Made by a program: the position numbers and the translations under genes
The notes under the pieces: model-generated
Seen by the model: only the letters and a program-made list of their open reading frames with translations
What the model was told of the DNA's origin: nothing
The model's database searches: none
NCBI RefSeq assembly: GCF_009914755.1
Contig: NC_060926.1
Length of the DNA stretch: 64,000 bases
Reading direction: 5' to 3' (one strand)
Source: the human T2T-CHM13v2.0 reference genome, Homo sapiens
Part shown: in pieces, positions 1 to 13,034 of the stretch
How the letters are laid out: the number at the start of each line of letters is the position of its first letter
Numbering within the stretch: position 1 is the stretch's first letter

Positions 1-1023
1 TTAAGTTCCAGAGCAGATATATCCTCATTATAATTAGTGAAATGGTGGTTTACTTAATTTTTAACATATAAATAGAGTCACATTTATCACTCCTTGGCAT
101 TTTCTTTAAGGATCTGATGCCAGAATGGCCGTGGAAGTCAAACATGTCTCATGCAAGAAATGGAATAAAAAGTTTCTATGAGTTTATGGTAATGGTTGGT
201 TGGAAGTGTTACTTTTTGTAGCAGCTACTGTCAATGTTCCAATCATTTCTGATGATCTTGGTGATTTGGTGGATAATTAGACATGTGTCCTCAGACCAAG
301 AAACTGCAAAGGCATAGAAGAAAGACAATCACGCTCTTGTGTTCAAAATGAAAAGCTTCTTTAGGGGCATTGTATTCTACTTAGATAATCATTTTAGAGC
401 TTTATATGAGGTGTCTGGATGTGGTTTGGGGAATGTAATTAGATCAATTCCCTTAAAACTGTTTAAAGTGATTTCTCTCTTTCCATAAGTTATTGTATTA
501 CTAATTAATTTATTTACTATCTCGATTTTGTGCTGTTTGAATCTTAAGGCAGAAAAGAGTTGTCTGTATCTCTTGTGATAACACATATACTGGAATTATA
601 AAATTAGACTCTCTTGAATTCTAGCTCTTAACCAGTCCCAAACTTGACTCAGAATTCAAAGGACCAGGCAAACACCAGGCACAAATAAAACAGTCTTTTC
701 TTGGAGAAGTCTGAGACCATTTGGCACAGATTTCCAAAATAACCCTATTCTCATGCAGTAGGATAAGTTTTAGATTTAATAGACAAGCTTCTTTATAAGC
801 AATATGTGCAGAGACATCGTTCAAACAAAGGGAATAATTCCAGTTATGCAATGTCTCTTCTTCATACCTTATTGTTTACATAATCATCTCTTAGTTTCCC
901 CTATCACCCAGAAACCTGTGAATTCTAAGTTTATTTATACACACAATCAAGATGTGTGCTCCTAAAAACATTTTATACTCTCCATTATCTTTCCATTCCT
1001 AGTAAATACTTAGTGAGTTTACT

Positions 1024-1621
1024 GGAAAATTTGGTTATTCACATGTGTTCAGGGAAGGGTTAACTCAGTAGGTCTGGGTTGCTCAAACCCTGCACATTCC
1101 CAAGAAAGGCCAGTCCTCAGGACTGGCCCTTGGCTGGTTTCTGGGAGATGAGCTCTAAGTCCTCGGCATAATCTGCTGGATAAGAGTGGTTTGTATATCT
1201 GCAGCCTTGGGCTATGCTGTACCAGTTTGACCAGGTAGTTTATGCTAACAATGTCATCTGTGAATGCCTATTTTTGCTTGTGGCAGGGTTATGGTGGGGC
1301 TGGGTTCCAAGTAGGTGATTAAAAACCCTAGACACCAGGACTCAGATAAGCTTCCCTAGTTGGCAACACTTTGCACAAGGTGTCATACATCATTGCTGGG
1401 AGAATTAAGTGCATCTGTGTGACTCCACTGGGAGAAGACCCCTGGAAGCTTGTTCCTGGTTCTGCCTGAACATCATCTTATGTGACTTTTCCCTATGTTG
1501 AATTTAATCTGTATCCTTTCACTCTGAGGAATCATAACCATGAGACAACATCTTCTGAGTCCTATGAGTCCTTCTAGCAAATCATTAAGCATGATGGTGG
1601 TGGTTTTGAGGACTCCCAACA
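1024..1621 (+). mobile_element. Solo LTR, MER21/MER68/MER77 group
   Basis: TG...CA ends. Motifs 'ggttaactcagtaggtctg', 'gactccactgggagaagac' and 'gagtcctatgagtccttctagcaaatc' resemble this group. Confidence 0.65.
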
Positions 1622-4600
1622 TAGCATGTTTACCAAGAGATTTATTTGAGGTTTTTCTTTCCTTTCTGATAGAGAAAAGTTCATACCTGCTGTTCACCTT
1701 TTCCTTCCCAGCATGTAGTGTGGAGCTATGAACCTCTATGCTGATGTCCTTTCAGCCCTTTTTACTGATACTCACCCTGTCTCTGGGGCCTTACCCCTTC
1801 ATTAATAACCCTATGGAAAGTAAAACTGTATTTCAATAGGTCTCCAGTTATAGCACCTGGAAAATTAAACTCTTCTTAAAACCCAAGTTAGTTCTTTCAG
1901 CGATTTGACCTATTTTGTTTTTCAGAAAACACTTCTGTTTATACCTTACTAAAATATTATATTGTAGTGGTTATATGTCCAGAGGCTAGTAGAGTACTTG
2001 TTTATTGAAAACAAAATAAAATATGAATTCTAAATAGTAATGTCTAAATTCTTCAAAATGTAAGTGGTAGAATTGACTTTGATAGACCTTTTCTCCTGTA
2101 ATATATTGTTATAATATCCTGAGACACACTCAGCATAAATATCTTCCCAGTCATTAAGTTAGTCACCAGCACCTCTCTTTGGGGACTGCCTAAAATGAAA
2201 GGATATGTCCTTCGGTGGAGTATTCTTATATTTCCAGGGGTAGCAAGAGCTATTTGAATTTCTCATTAGAATGTCTTTTTCAGATGTCTAGTTTAACCTG
2301 GTATCCTAGTAAAAATAGCAACATCCGGATCACTAAGGGATGGTTCAGAGTAGATTATATTAGTGGTTATTTTGGTATTAGGTTTGTGGTACTATCTATA
2401 ACCTTTTATAAAGATCTCATTGATTTATTTTAATGTGGGTAAAATCATTTTAGACATGGATGAATCAGACAATAACTTAATTTTATCTAAATATTTTGCA
2501 AGTTAGGTCAGCAAGAGTTCACTATATAATTGCTAAAATAGTCTCTTTAATTTCCAAAGCATATGTATATTTTATTGGAAATGTGATTTATGTGCATTAT
2601 ATTCAACTAATAAACATTATATTTGATGTCTCAGTAAGTATTTAACCAGATGTATATGTATCTCTTGAACTTTTATTGCACAAACATAAAAGCTCTGTTT
2701 GTGGAGAGAATAAAAGCAAATTTCATAGTAGACCTCAATATACATTTCACAAGTACTGACCTCATAGTTCTAGAATAGAAACCAACTGGGTATGATACAT
2801 GAGAGTTAGTAGACATAGCTTATGATCATTATGTGAATACATTGGTTGTATTCCAGATATCAGAAGGAGGTATACAATAGGATTATGCCATGCTCAGAAA
2901 TATTGGATGTCTGTGTATGAATCCTATGAAGAAATCATTCATATTCCCATAAACATTGAGTTTCTTCGCAGTCTCTTCTTCCATCTGTATGGGAACTATT
3001 CCCAAATCTGTTTTCAGCACTTACCTGAGCCCCACTCTCCAATTTCACATTCTTTTCAAAAGTCTCCAAATTCTCCCCTACCTGCCACCTGTATGTTCCA
3101 ATGTTACCTGAAATGGAACATGAGGAGAGTTAGGATTAGCATCTGTCCCCTGTAAAAACAGTGGCCTTTCCTTCTGCCTTCCCACTACTATCAACACTAG
3201 TCTTGTTCTTTTGTCCTCCAAGACTTGCAAAAAGGTTTTTTTTTTTTGCCCCGTCATTCCTTTTACCTTCCAAACCGCTCAGTGATCAGGTCCTGTTAAT
3301 ATTTTCTTTATGGTATCTCTCCTTCTTATTCCTTCCTGTGTATTTTTTTTAAACTTAATCCTTTTCCTCCTCAGGGTTTGCAGCCACCCTTCTTCCTCTG
3401 CAGCACACCTGCTGTTTTAGAATCCCTCCTGTTCTGCCCGTCTCCTGCTTTGCACATGTTCTTCTCTGCTTCGAATGCCCTCTTCAGCATCCTCCATTGG
3501 GTCACACACAGCCCTTCTTCACGCTCAGTTCTGATGACTCCTCTGGAAATCCTCTCTCACCACACAGGGCTTAGAGGACTTCTGCTGTCTTCAAGGCTCT
3601 GGGAGTGCACTGGGAACAGGACAGGATCATTATCCTTGAAGCTCTGGTGCCTAAGAGACGCTAGCCACAGTGTGTTGTTGTTATTAGAGGTTGTCCCCTT
3701 ACACAGCTCCCTGGTTCCTCTCCACTGCACCTGTTCTACAAGAGCCAACAGAACACTTTTTCCTACAAAAACATTTTTGTATCACAGCCATTTGGTGGCA
3801 CATGACTGGCTACCATACCATTCATTGCAATGCCATGTCTTAGCCAGGCTTTGAGGGACCCCAGTTCCTGCTACTCCTCACTTTCCTATTTTTACCAACA
3901 AGGCAGTTTTCTTCCTGTTTTTGCACATTATATAAGTCACCCAGTTTCTTGGTGTGCTTTTACCATTCAAAACACTTAAAAATGCCCTTTCCCTTTGTCA
4001 TAGCTTCTGAGAAGCTTTGCAGATTTTCTCACTATCCTGGAAGACTTCTTCAAGTAACCTTAGCCTCAAAGTAATCAGTCCCTCCCTCTGCAGCCTGTAG
4101 CTATTTTTATATTATGTTATTTTGTCCATGTTGATATTTTGCTTTGTCATATAAATTCTTTAGGAGAAAACCAGTATGTTCCATTTTTTGTTGTTTTTAT
4201 CAATATTTACTTTTTACAGTGGTCTTTCTTGTCTAGAAAGTACCTAGTATAAATTGCTAACAAAATGTCATAGCTCCCTACATCTTAAAAAGTCCTCAAT
4301 CAAATTTTATTTTTCAAGGTTTCTTGTACTTATTTTAAGTGATAAAGAAACAACTAGATTGACATTTTCAATGTTCCTTCCTAATCCATCTCCAAATTAA
4401 AGGGTTGTTACTTATCTAGGTGAAATTTCTCTTTCTTGTGGTATTTGGTACATTCTTGGGAGCATATGCCTTCGTGTGCTGAAAGACTCAACATAAATTG
4501 CTCATAGATATGTCATACTGCCTGTAATGTTGAGTGATCCTTTGGTTTAACAAGGATTAAAAATGTAATTCTATTGGGAACTTATCTCTGTGGGGAAATG

Positions 4601-4669
4601 AGAAAATGAATGAGAAGGTGCTTAGTACATCTGTGAAGTTCTATGGAAATGCTAAAGCGCATTCTATAG

Positions 4670-4810
4670 GGGCACGGTAGAATAGTAGAAAAAGTGATAA
4701 ATGTGGAAACAGAAGACCTAAGCTGAAGTCTTCACTGGCTGCCGTGTGTCCTTCTGCACATCATTTAGCTTCTTTCTGAGTTATAGTTTCCTCATCTAAA
4801 TAGGTACTAC
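4670..4810 (+). mobile_element. MIR fragment
   Basis: MIR core-like 'ctttctgagttatagtttcctcatctaaa'. Boundaries approximate. Confidence 0.5.
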
Positions 4811-5388
4811 CCCTAAAATGGATATTTTAGTTTATGTATCTCTAAGGCTTGTTTGGGGAATCAGGATATTTTGCTGGATGCAAATATTTTGCAGAATGTA
4901 GATTTATGAAAGAAATTGGTTAAAATATGTTAAAAATATGAGCTATTGTTATAGCCAGCAAATTATAGCCATTTAATCCATGATATTGGCTAGTTCAGTC
5001 AGACGTTTTCCATGGAGGCAGTAAGATTTTCATGATTAGAATTTTTTTATTGAGGAAATATGCTATACATATGTAGGGATGATTTAAGTATTGGGAAGAA
5101 GTTAAATGATTTTTTCACATACTAAAATCCTATGGGATTTCTAGAGAAGACTTGCAGCTCTCCTAAATTCTTGACAGAAGAGTGTGTCAACTCTGAGAAA
5201 GCCATTTAATTTTAGAAAGACAAAATGGAGGTACAAAAAGCAGAAGGGGCTATTTGTCCAGTTAGCATTTGGACAGGATTAAATCCTGGTGCTAACTGAT
5301 CTAACAATTAATGAAATCACATTGCTCTCACATCAGATGCTAGCAGCTAGATTTCACACTGCAAGCACGGGAGTTCAATGACAGGATG

Positions 5389-5889
5389 GTGTTCAGTTAT
5401 TATTGGTGTGTAGCAAGCTACCCCCAATCTTAATGACTTAAAGTAAGTACAACCACTTACATAGCTCAGAAATCTGTAATTTGGACAGGCTCTTCTCTGC
5501 TTAAGTTGGTATCAACTGAGGCAGCTGAGCTTGGGTTAGAGGATTCAGTTCCAACATGGCTCATTCATAGGGCTGATGAGTTGCCACTGGTTGTTGCCTG
5601 GAACAGTGGTTAGGATTGAGACCTGAGATCTTCAGTTGCCTGCACTGGGCTTCTCTATGGGCGTCTCAGACTTCCTCACAGCATGGTGGCTAAATTCCAA
5701 GACTGAAAGGAAGTCCTAGAGCCTAGAAGTAGAAGCTGCCAGTTTCTTAAGGCCAGAGTTTATTTCCACTATATTCTATAGGTCAAGCAGTCATAGAGCC
5801 CATAATCATGGGAAGGAGACATAGGCCCTCACCTCTCAATGAAAAGTGTGTGTCCAAGAGTTTTGGGGGCATATTTTAAAACCTCTACA
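5389..5889 (-). mobile_element. MLT1-family (MaLR) LTR, old (G/H-like)
   Basis: Motifs 'cttcctcacagcatggtggct' and 'ccactatattctataggtcaagcagtca'. Ends 'ttttaaaacctctaca'. Confidence 0.65.
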
Positions 5890-7476
5890 GTCAGAGAGTG
5901 TAAGGGGAGAACAGAGAGAAGAAGAACATTAAGTCTTAGGAGGACAAGCTTGAGTTGGGGCTGTTAGTTGGCTACTGAGAAGAAAGTTCTCATCTAATTA
6001 TTTGAGAAACAAAGACAGAACATTGGTAATTTAACAAGTAGGGCAGTGTAGATTTAAGAGAGAGGAAATGGCATGGTACCAAGCACATAAGTCCAACTTC
6101 TTAATTTTCTTCAGGCTTTATCTTGACTGAGGTGGGCCTTGAATTTAACAATTTTCTTTAATCCTCAGTAGGGAAACTTTAAGATTGGCGATTGCTTCCT
6201 TTTCATTATTTTCCCTTAAGCTACAAATTAATTACTGAGTATTTCCATAATAGGCTTTGCATATTAATAATTATAAATGGAATGTAATAGTGTATATGAA
6301 AGTATTTTGCAAATACCAAGCTTACTGTCATTTGTATAACTGTACAGCTGATAAAAGTTTCCTCGACATTGTCATTATCTCATTTAATTGTTACACGGGC
6401 CTTATGAGGCAACTTGTTATTAGTAATAACAACCTTTCCTAATTAAACAGAGAGAAAGACACTTGCACACGAGCGACTGCACATCAGTTTGGAGTCAAGA
6501 CAAAAACCCTCGCCTTGGGGAGTACCTTTTCTCTTCAGATGTACCCCGAGAAGTACCCGTGTTTGAATGGCCAGACTTCCCTGTTGTTATCTGCCTACTT
6601 CCTGAGTTCCAGTGAGAAAGCCCTCAGGACTGAGCTTCAGAGGGCTAAGTTCTTTCCAAATTTAACAGTCAGGCACTCAGAGAAAAGACTGCCAACCATT
6701 TGATGGAGGTGTTTCACATCTGAGTTTGATGAATGGTATTCCACCCTGGATAAACTGGAGAGATGCTCTATTTAATTGATTGCAAACCCTACTTTGATTT
6801 CTAAGCCTCTTCTATCAGAGCAGCCTTACATGGAGCTAAAGTTGTGATTTCAGAGGCATTAGCAAACTTTTGTCCTCCACCTCCCTTCAAAATATCTTTC
6901 CCATTAAAAAGATGGATTCTTTAATAAGTGATGTTGCATTAACTGGTTAGGTACTTGGAGAAATTGTTACATTACCTAAAAAATTGATACTTTAAAACAT
7001 TAAATTATTTATTTAATGTTTGAAACAGTAAAATTATGAAACGGTAGAAAAGAACTAGAAAAAAGATCTGATGAAAAGATTTTCTAATTTTTAGTATGCA
7101 ATTCCTTTCTCGCATAAAAGCTAAGGAAGAAATTATAAAAGAAAAGACTGCTAGATTTAGATACATAAATTTAAAAAACCCTCCGCACTGATCAAGATAT
7201 TATAAATTAGGCCAAAAACAAAGTTGAAAAACATTTTGGTATTTATGTCAGAAAAATATTTTATATTGTAAACATAGACAGTGCTTTTCTACATAAATAG
7301 GGAATACTCAAACTTACCACAGCCCTTTGCCCATTCACAGACTATGATCACAATAATAATAATAATATTCATCATCACCAAACAATGCTAACGATACTAG
7401 CTAATACTTATTGAGCATTTCCTTGGACTTTATGTTTGTTTACTCACTTAACTTTTCCAACAAAATTTTGAGGGAC

Positions 7477-7826
7477 AGCAGTGGGCTGAATGTTTATGTT
7501 CCCCCAAAATACATATGTTGAAGTTCTAGTCCTTAAGGTGATGGCTTATTAGGCATGGACTTTGAGAGGTGATTTGGTCATGAGGGCTCTGAGATCAGTG
7601 CCCTTATAAAAGAGACCTCAGAAAAATCCCTCATCCCTTCTGCCATGTGAGGTTGCAATGAGAAGACAGCAGTGGTCAATGAGGAAGCGGGCTTTTATCA
7701 GACACTGAATCTGCCAGCACTTTGATCTTGGACTTCCCAGCCTCCAGACTGTGAGAAATAAATCTCTGATGTTTATAAGCCACCCAGTTTATGGTATTTT
7801 GTTATAGCATCCAGAGCTGATTAAAG
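7477..7826 (+). mobile_element. MLT1A-like LTR nested in a MIR (about 7390-7935)
   Basis: 'gatcttggacttcccagcctccagactgtgagaaataaa...ggtattttgttatagca'. MIR halves lie on both sides. Confidence 0.8.
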
Positions 7827-8209
7827 GAGGTTCTCGCATTTCTCCCATCTTACAATTGAGGAGATTAAGACAAAGAGAGGCCAGTATGTAATTTGCTCAG
7901 GGTTATGCAGCTAGCACATGGCAGAGCCAGAATTCAAAGGCTTTCTTCCTTCAAGAGGCAAGAACAAGAGATTTTAAAAGGTTGTAATACAATTGGCCAA
8001 TGAATGTCTAAAATAGTCAAACTTAAAAATAAACTAAAAAAAAAGAATATTAGTTGTCTTTTTTTAATGCCAGGATTCAAAGCACAATACCACACAAAGA
8101 ACTTTTGACCCACAAGAAATATATACATTATTTCTACTTAACACACACCGAGTATTATTATAATGGTTAGGAGAAAATGAATCAGAGCATTTTAGAGAGC
8201 TTTAGGACT

Positions 8210-9190
8210 GTCCAGCGAACAGCCCAGACGCAGGGCCTACCTGGCCTCGGGAGCCTTTAGCCATCTTATCGCTGTCCTCGGGGCCGATGGTCAGCGCACG
8301 CAGGACAGGAAGAAACTTCTGGATCACTCCTGGAAGACCCAGGGCGCCCCTAGAGACAGGGCCCTGGAACCCGGGACAGAGTGGAGGGAAGCAGAAACAT
8401 TGCGAATCGGGGGTGGCGGCAGCAGCGACATGAGATCCTTTGCCCTCCGCCCCCTGGGCTGCGGGACCCAGTGACTTCGAGGAGGAGCGCGAGCGCAGCC
8501 GCGCGGGGCGCACCCGGATCCGCCTGGGGCGGGAGCCGCCCCCTTCCCGCCGCAGGCGGCGCGGGGCTGCGAGTCAAGTCCAGGACTCGGGCCAGTCTCT
8601 CCGGAAGACAAGACCAACCTCGCGCCGCGGCGCAGCAGCACGCGGGTTCTGAGAAGCGCGTGGCTCCGGCGACAAGACCCCAAGCACCCTCGGCCGGTGG
8701 CCCGGGCCCGACCACCCCAGCTGCGCGTCGTTACTGGCCACAAGTTTGCTCTGGGCCAGCCAAGTTGGCAACTTGGAAGCTTCTCCCGGGCTCTGGAGGA
8801 GGGTCCCTGCTTCTTCCTACAGCCGTTCCGGGCATGGCCGGGCTGGGGGCGTCGCTCCACGTCTGGGGTTGGCTAATGCTCGGCAGCTGCCTCCTGGCCA
8901 GAGCCCAGGTAAGAGCCAGTGCTCCGCGACACCTGTTTTCGCGGAGCCTCCGGCGGGGACTCAGCTTTAGCGACACGGAGGCCAGGTGCGCGCGAGAGCT
9001 CATTCATGTTCACACGTCCACAAACGCCCCGGCACGCACCGAGGCGTACCCGGCAGGTGCTGGCAGGCAATTAGTGGAGGGAGCTTCAAAGATCTGCTTT
9101 AGTGGAGTGATGTCCTGGGGCCGGCACTGTTTAGACCAGCATCCTGGCATCCGCAAAGTAAGGGGATATTTCCGAACAGCGGAGTCGTGG
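8210..9190. promoter_or_regulatory. CpG island promoter / exon 1 of PTH2R
   Basis: Abrupt GC- and CpG-rich block in AT-rich surroundings. GC boxes present (GGGGCGGG at 8526). No obvious TATA box. It spans the start codon. Confidence 0.9.
8834..8908 (+). CDS. PTH2R: PTH2R coding exon 1 (signal peptide, MAGLGASLHVWGWLMLGSCLLARAQ)
   Basis: ATG at 8834 in strong Kozak context (ggcATGg). 75 nt, ending CAG|gtaaga. Peptide recognised as the PTH2R N-terminus. Confidence 0.97.
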
Positions 9191-10310
9191 ATCAAGAGTG
9201 TGAGGCTGGGAAGGTGAAGGAACTTTTCTTACTCTTAAACTCCGTGGTCCCCATTTAATTAATCGAAATGACTTTTGTCTGCTGGTAATTTACCATCGCT
9301 TTTGAGAATTTAAATTTACAGGATCGATTGTGACCACTATCTGAAAGAATAATTGGCTGTCTGTGATACAGAATCACATACATTCAAGTTAGGAGACAGA
9401 ATAAAAATACCAAAATACAGCTCATTTGTTAATGTTAAGCGGTGGCTGTCACTTTTGTACTGCTAATATCATTTAGAGATTTTCTGGGCGATCTTTCACA
9501 ATGAAGCCTCTTTAATGTGCAAGGCACAATTCATACGCACTTTTTTTTTTGAGTCAAATCAAATGTAGGGTTTACAGTCAGCTTTTCAGATGAGCTAGAG
9601 AGATGCGTGTAGTGGTGGATGTTATGCAGTTCAAGAGCCCTGTGAATTTAAACCGAATCAAGGTATTTCTCTCCGGTTCGGTAGGGGGTGCACCTAGACC
9701 GTCAAATGAAGGCCCAATAAAAAATTATTTCACCGTGAGAATTCAAAGCAGTGATTTATGTGTTGATACTGTCTAAACTTAATACTATGTTCTCGGCTTT
9801 CAGATGACTAGTTTAAATTTCAATTATTCTAAAAGTGCAGTTTAAAAAACCTATCTGTTAAAGTCATAACCAGAGACATTAAAACTTAAAGGGGATTTCT
9901 AGGCTAGGTGCCACGCTAAAAGTGGGCTTTACTTAACATGACCAAGATGTTTCATGTAGATTTATTTTGTTAATAAATAAATTTTGTTAATAAACTAAAC
10001 AATTTGTGTGTCATACATTGACTAATAATATTAGCAATGGATAGCTGAAAGTAAGATACACTTAAACCTGAAAAAATTCATCAAGTTACCAGAAGGAATA
10101 TGAATGCATGGAAAAAAATTTGGTGATAAATTTCCATGATCGTTATAGAACTCTGGTAATCTCTACTATACTTCCTACATTTTTATCTCATAAGATATTT
10201 GGATAATATGCTTAAAAATGGCATCTTATATACAAGAGGCAACTGAACTCTAACCGTTTATTTTATTTAGTGTTCTAGATTACTTTTTGTAAGGAAATGG
10301 GGAGGTATTA

Positions 10311-10575
<265 letters not shown>

Positions 10576-10656
10576 CACCATGGGATTGTGGGCAGAATAT
10601 TTTCTTTTGCTTTCAATAAAACAATCAGGACATTGAATACTTCTATAACTTTAAAC

Positions 10657-10890
10657 CAGGATTTCCCAACCTTGGCATTGTTGACATTTTGGGACATATA
10701 TAATAATTCTTTGTTTTGTTGGGGGTGGGTGTGTTGTCCTGTATATTGCAGAGTATTTAGCGCCACCCTGTCTCCTCTATCCACTAGATGCCAGTAGCCC
10801 CCCTCCCCCTAACTGAGACAACCAAAAATGTCTCTAGATGTTGCTGTACATAGTTTGGAAGGCAAAATCACTCCTGGTTGAAAATCATTG
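10657..10890 (+). mobile_element. MER20 (hAT-Charlie MITE)
   Basis: TIRs CAGGATTTCCCAACC / GGTTGAAAATCATTG. Internal 'ccactagatgccagtagc'. 8-bp TSD ctttaaac/ctttacac. Confidence 0.85.
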
Positions 10891-11652
10891 CTTTACACGG
10901 ATTTCCATTTATATCTATAGATTATGAATTGCATAAAATGACAGTTTGTGGTATTATATTACATTTGCCGAATTTTTGACATTTTAAAGTCTGGAGGTTA
11001 AATTCAAGTGATTTACATTGACAAACTGATACATTTTATGACCTTCAGTTTCTTCATCTTCAAAAGAGTCATATTGGGCTAAGATTCTTTTAATTCTATA
11101 AGTCTTGGTTTATTACTTTTAGGTTACAGTCATTCTCTACTCTGAAATTCCATTAGTTAACCTGGAGTATAATAGAGACTAAATACATTCTGGGTATTAT
11201 TTACTTCAAATATCAATTGCTGATATTATTAGCTTAAGTATGAGAGACAAGGTATTTATGAAAAATGAGGCTGGCTTTATTAATTTTTTTAGCATACCCA
11301 GTTAATGATGAATATATTGCTAGCTAACACAGAGATTTCAAAAAAATTATAACATATTGATAGAAAACCAAAGGGAACTCACCCAGGCAGAATGAGCTTG
11401 TGTAGAGTAAATATTTAGTATTCAGTAAACACTGGATCACACCATAAAATAGATGATATAGACCAGTGCTCATCAATTGTTTTAAGGGTCTCTGTGGTTT
11501 CTGGTTGGTAAAGATATACTTTTGTCTCAAAGCACAGTTCAAAACCCGTGCATTCATACATCATTACAGAGCCCAGCAATGCATTTTCTATAGTCAGATT
11601 ATCACATGGTAATGAGGACCACTATATAAACATGTTCAGTATTTTCTTTACT

Positions 11653-11900
11653 GTGTTAGTGGATCCTCCTGGTAACAGACTGTAGGATGGAATTGGGGTG
11701 CTAGAGGTTTATTAGGGGAGGAGGTAATGCTTGTGAAAGTTGAAAGGGAGAGGGAGAAGGATTGGACAGGGGTAACCTCAGACCGGCAAGCAAATCTGAC
11801 AAAATTTTTTCCAACTCAAAGGAGAACCTTGGGGGAAAGGTGCCCATCAGAGGAGTCCCATGCTGTGAAAAAATGGCCAGGTCTTAGAATTCCTACTGTT
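11653..11900 (-). mobile_element. Old ERVL LTR fragment (LTR16/LTR33-like)
   Basis: 'aggtttattagggg...gaaggattggacagggg...ctcagac' resembles this family. Confidence 0.45.
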
Positions 11901-12554
11901 GACCTTCCAGCATGAAGATTCAGAGCCTACTAGAAAATCAGAAATCTCTTTCTAGGTGTGGAAAAATGGTAATCAGTAATGCTACTTGCCAAGTACCAAA
12001 TACTGTGCTAAGTACTTGATTCTCTCATTTAATTATCACAGTAACTTTATGAGATGGGCACTGTAATTGTTCACATTTTTATAAATGAGAAAATGGGGCT
12101 ATGAGATGTTAGATAATATACTCAACTCACACAAGCAGCCATGATTTATACTCTGACTTTTACCTCTGGGGCCCACCCCTCCTACTGGTACCCTCATTGT
12201 GGAGATCAGCTGGGCACTGCTTAGTGACATTATGTATACACATGTCCTCTGTCCCAGCAATCTCCGCCCCGAGTCTCTATCCCAGGGAATTTCTCACCCA
12301 GGTCTATAATGATTCTTGCAGTAATTCTGTGGTGTTAGAGAATTAGGGGCAATCTGGGTGTTTATAATGGGGTATTGTGTAGCAATAAAAAGCAATGGCT
12401 TAAATGTGCACAAATCAGCATGGACAAGATCGTAAAAACAGGATAACATGTGACAGAAACAATAGGATATATGGTATGATATCATTTACATACATTAAAA
12501 TACATGCACATAAAACAGTAATATATGTTTTATGAACATATTCAGATAAAAGAT

Positions 12555-12573
12555 TGTGTGTGTGTGTGTGTGT
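12555..12573. repeat. (TG)n microsatellite
   Basis: Directly visible. Confidence 0.9.
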
Positions 12574-12755
12574 CTTACATAAATGCTTGTATATGGGAGG
12601 TAGAGAAGTAGGAGTGGGGTATAGACATAAAATGGGATAAATCAATAAATCAAGTAGGCCTGCACTCTGCATCTCAACGCATGTGTTAATTACAAATTGT
12701 GGTGATAATAAACAGAACTGTCAAAACTATTACTGATGGAGTTAAGAATGAGGAC

Positions 12756-13034
<279 letters not shown>

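Noticed and set aside
3378-3854. 158-aa ORF upstream of the gene
   Set aside because: Non-ATG start, pyrimidine-rich, no motif and no supporting splice structure.
8202-9195. Multiple antisense ORFs (up to 178 aa) over the CpG island
   Set aside because: Low-complexity R/G/P/A products typical of GC-rich DNA, with no recognisable domain.
8381-9217. 278-aa ORF as a standalone gene
   Set aside because: It starts at GTG and contains PTH2R exon 1 plus UTR and intron. Its length is explained by the GC-rich island.
9964-9994. Short tandem duplications here and at about 13610, 26143 and 48618
   Set aside because: 12-15 bp slippage duplications, common in AT-rich introns.
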